This document shows, in pieces, positions 37,849-40,323 of a stretch of 40,323 nt of DNA (its first letter is position 1; each line of letters starts with the position of its first letter). The translations under genes were made by a program, and so were the position numbers. Source of the DNA: Acidobacteriota bacterium (lineage in GTDB: Bacteria; Acidobacteriota; Blastocatellia; HR10; JACQTD01). A model generated the notes under the pieces. It saw only the letters and a list, made by a program, of their open reading frames with translations, ran no database searches and had not been told where the DNA came from. The stretch is from positions 1 to 40,323 of the forward strand of contig JACQTD010000058.1 of assembly GCA_016210985.1 (NCBI GenBank), given 5' to 3'.

Positions 37849-38835
37849 ATGAAATTCGCGGTCATGGGAGCGGGGGCCATCGGGGCCTTCTTTGGTGCCC
37901 TAATGGCGAAGGCAGGCGAAGACGTGTCGCTCATAGCGCGAGGGCCGCACCTCCGAGCGATGCAACAGCATGGAATTCGCGTGCGGGGATCACTGGGTGA
38001 ATTTGCCGTCTTCCCGCCGGCAACCGATGATCCGGCCTCGATCGGCGCCGTCGATGTCGTGCTGTTAACGGTCAAGGCACACAGCCTGACCGACGTGGCT
38101 CCGAAGCTCGGCCCGCTTACTGGACCCGACACGGCAGTCGTTTGCATGCAGAACGGAATCCCCTGGTGGTATTTCTTCCGTCATGGCGGTCCCTGGGAGG
38201 GCACCCGACTCGAGACGGTCGATCCCGGCGGCACGATCTCCACCCATATCGATATTGATCGAGTGATCGGATGTGTCATGTATTGCTCGACGATCATCAG
38301 CGAGCCGGGGGTTATCGAGTACCTGGAGAACACACGGCTTTCGATCGGTGAATTGGATGGGGGTCACAGCCCGCGCTGCGAAGCGCTCGCGGCCGTATTC
38401 AAAAATGCCGGGATAAAGTGCTCCGTGCGGAGTGACATACGACAGGACCTTTGGGTGAAACTGATGGGGAACGTCGCTTTCAATCCGATCAGCGCACTCA
38501 CCGGAGCAACGTTGGAGGAGATGACCGAGTGCAATGAGATCCGTACGCTCGCCGGCCATATCATGAGCGAAGCGGGTGATGTCGCCGCCGCACTTGGAAT
38601 CAAACCGGGAATTACGATTGAGCAGCGAATCGCGGCCGCGGCAAGAGTGGGTCCCCACAAGACCTCGATGTTGCAGGACCTTGAGGCGGGCCGTCCTCTC
38701 GAGCTTGATCCCCTGGTCGGTGCCGTGGTGGAATTAGGTGAAAGACTTTCCATACCGGTGCCTCATACTTCCACTCTCTACGCCTGCACGAAACTCCTGG
38801 GCGCGCGACGGAGCGAGGAGTCGCATCCCCGGTGA
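37849..38835 (+). CDS. Ketopantoate-reductase-family protein, probable oxalyl-CoA reductase (PanE2-like)
   Basis: GAGAIG, TVKAHS, QNGIPWWYF..VDPGG, WVKLMGNVAFNPISALT, HKTSMLQD. Confidence 0.8.
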   Translation: MKFAVMGAGAIGAFFGALMAKAGEDVSLIARGPHLRAMQQHGIRVRGSLGEFAVFPPATDDPASIGAVDVVLLTVKAHSLTDVAPKLGPLTGPDTAVVCMQNGIPWWYFFRHGGPWEGTRLETVDPGGTISTHIDIDRVIGCVMYCSTIISEPGVIEYLENTRLSIGELDGGHSPRCEALAAVFKNAGIKCSVRSDIRQDLWVKLMGNVAFNPISALTGATLEEMTECNEIRTLAGHIMSEAGDVAAALGIKPGITIEQRIAAAARVGPHKTSMLQDLEAGRPLELDPLVGAVVELGERLSIPVPHTSTLYACTKLLGARRSEESHPR

Positions 38836-38880
38836 TCAGCTCTGAATGTCCGGCCGGCTGACAGGCCGCCAAGGAGACGA

Positions 38881-40029
38881 ATGACCACGAATAGACTGCT
38901 GTTGGGACCTGGCCCCAGCCCGGTAGATCAACGGGTGCTACGCGCGCTTTCAGAACCCTTGCTCGGGCACCTCGATCCGGAGTTTCTTCGAATCATGGAT
39001 GAGATTCAGGAGCTGCTTCGTTACGTCTTCGAGACCCGGAACCGCCTTACGATACCGATCTCGGGAACCGGCAGCGCCGGCATGGAGGCGTCGCTCGTGA
39101 ATCTGCTGGAGCCGGGCGATGCGGCCGTCGTCGGCATCGCCGGCGTCTTCGGCGAACGGATGGTTGACATCGTGGAGCGATCGGGAGCGAAACCTGTCGC
39201 CGTGCGGGCGGACTGGGGAAGGCCGATCGACTTGAGTCTCATCGAGGAAGCGGTAGCGAACTCACATCCGGCGGTCCTGGCGATCGTTCACGCTGAGACT
39301 TCGACCGGTGTCCTGCAGGAGCTAGAAGGACTGGCAGACCTGGCGCATCGCCACGGTGCGTTGCTGGTCGTGGATGCGGTGACTTCGCTCGGGGGTCATC
39401 CGGTTGGCGTGGATGCGATGGGAATCGATGTTTGCTATTCCGGCACGCAGAAGTGCCTGGGCTGCCCGCCAGGACTTTCGCCGATCACCTTTTCGGATCG
39501 CGCGATGGAGCGCATCCATGCCCGCAAACAGAAGGTGCAGAGCTGGTACCTGGATGTGAGCATGGTCGAGAAGTACTGGGGCGCCGACCGGACGTACCAT
39601 CATACGGCGCCGGTTTCGATGAATTATGCTTTGCGCGAAGCGCTCAGGATGATTCGTGAGGAAGGACTGGAGCCTCGCTGGAAACGTCACGAGCGCAATC
39701 ATCGGGGCTTCGTGGCAGGTATCGAAGCGATGGGCCTGGAAATGTTCGTCAGCCGGAAAAACCGGCTCTGGAGCCTGAACAGTGTTCGAGTGCCGGAGGG
39801 TATCGATGAGGCACGGGTGCGAGTGCGTCTCCTCGAACGGCATGGCATCGAGATCGGCGGCGGACTCGGGCCGCTGAAGGGCAAGATCTGGCGTGTCGGG
39901 CTGATGGGGTCCGGCAGCACGCGTGAGAATGTCCTTCTAGTCCTTGAGGCCTTGCGCGAGTCGCTTGAGTTCGAGGGCAAGGTCTGTCCATCCGGCGTCT
40001 CCGCCGCTGAACGGGTCTACTTCCCCTAG
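38881..40029 (+). CDS. Alanine/serine-glyoxylate aminotransferase (class V PLP)
   Basis: [58 protein letters not shown]. Confidence 0.93.
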   Translation: MTTNRLLLGPGPSPVDQRVLRALSEPLLGHLDPEFLRIMDEIQELLRYVFETRNRLTIPISGTGSAGMEASLVNLLEPGDAAVVGIAGVFGERMVDIVERSGAKPVAVRADWGRPIDLSLIEEAVANSHPAVLAIVHAETSTGVLQELEGLADLAHRHGALLVVDAVTSLGGHPVGVDAMGIDVCYSGTQKCLGCPPGLSPITFSDRAMERIHARKQKVQSWYLDVSMVEKYWGADRTYHHTAPVSMNYALREALRMIREEGLEPRWKRHERNHRGFVAGIEAMGLEMFVSRKNRLWSLNSVRVPEGIDEARVRVRLLERHGIEIGGGLGPLKGKIWRVGLMGSGSTRENVLLVLEALRESLEFEGKVCPSGVSAAERVYFP

Positions 40030-40323
40030 CCTTACTAAGCCACGACCATAAAGCGCTATGTCTTGGATGGAGCGGGATCGTGAAGGGCGATCAACCCAAA
40101 CCTTCCTGGAAAGAGCTCAAACCTTCGCAGTTCCATTAACGTAGCGAATGGAGAATGGAAATCTCCTCTTATATTTGAGCGTCTTGGCTTCTTTGAAATC
40201 TGGACCCTGGATATGAAATCACACGGATACAAGTGGAAGTCGACAGCTTTTCAAAACGTGTTTGCTGAGGCCATGGAGTGCGCAGCGATTGACCAAAGTG
40301 ATTCTACGAATACTTGATTGATC

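Noticed and set aside
40030-40323. Lower-GC tail at the right edge
   Set aside because: Too short, no ORF or motif that can be supported.
1-40323. tRNA, rRNA or CRISPR arrays
   Set aside because: None recognised by eye in the intergenic regions; a tRNAscan/Infernal run would be needed to exclude small RNAs.

Overview
GC-rich bacterial chromosomal window, probably Acidobacteriota (inferred from gene content: ECF43-type sigma/Ser-Thr kinase pair, trpBA-chorismate mutase-aroF operon, TonB receptor style). From left to right: a Ser/Thr kinase running off the left edge with a broken ECF sigma factor; a complete IS110-family (IS1111-type) element inserted into the GTAG of a REP palindrome, whose downstream non-coding region can be folded by eye into a two-loop bridge/seek RNA with guides matching its own target and donor; an aromatic amino-acid operon; two secreted peptidases; a ~20 kb phosphate/polyphosphate island (tandem thymidylate-kinase-like pair that may be a heteromeric polyphosphate kinase, Ppx, a CHAD domain split over two genes, PhoR, SixA, a Pho-box-controlled TonB receptor operon, a porin, pstSCAB-phoU-phoB) interrupted by a deletion-scarred arsenic cassette (arsR, arsG::arsA chimera, acr3); gene remnants; and a probable oxalate-assimilation operon (oxalate-CoA ligase, PanE-like oxalyl-CoA reductase, glyoxylate aminotransferase). 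All calls come from reading motifs by eye; no database searches were run.
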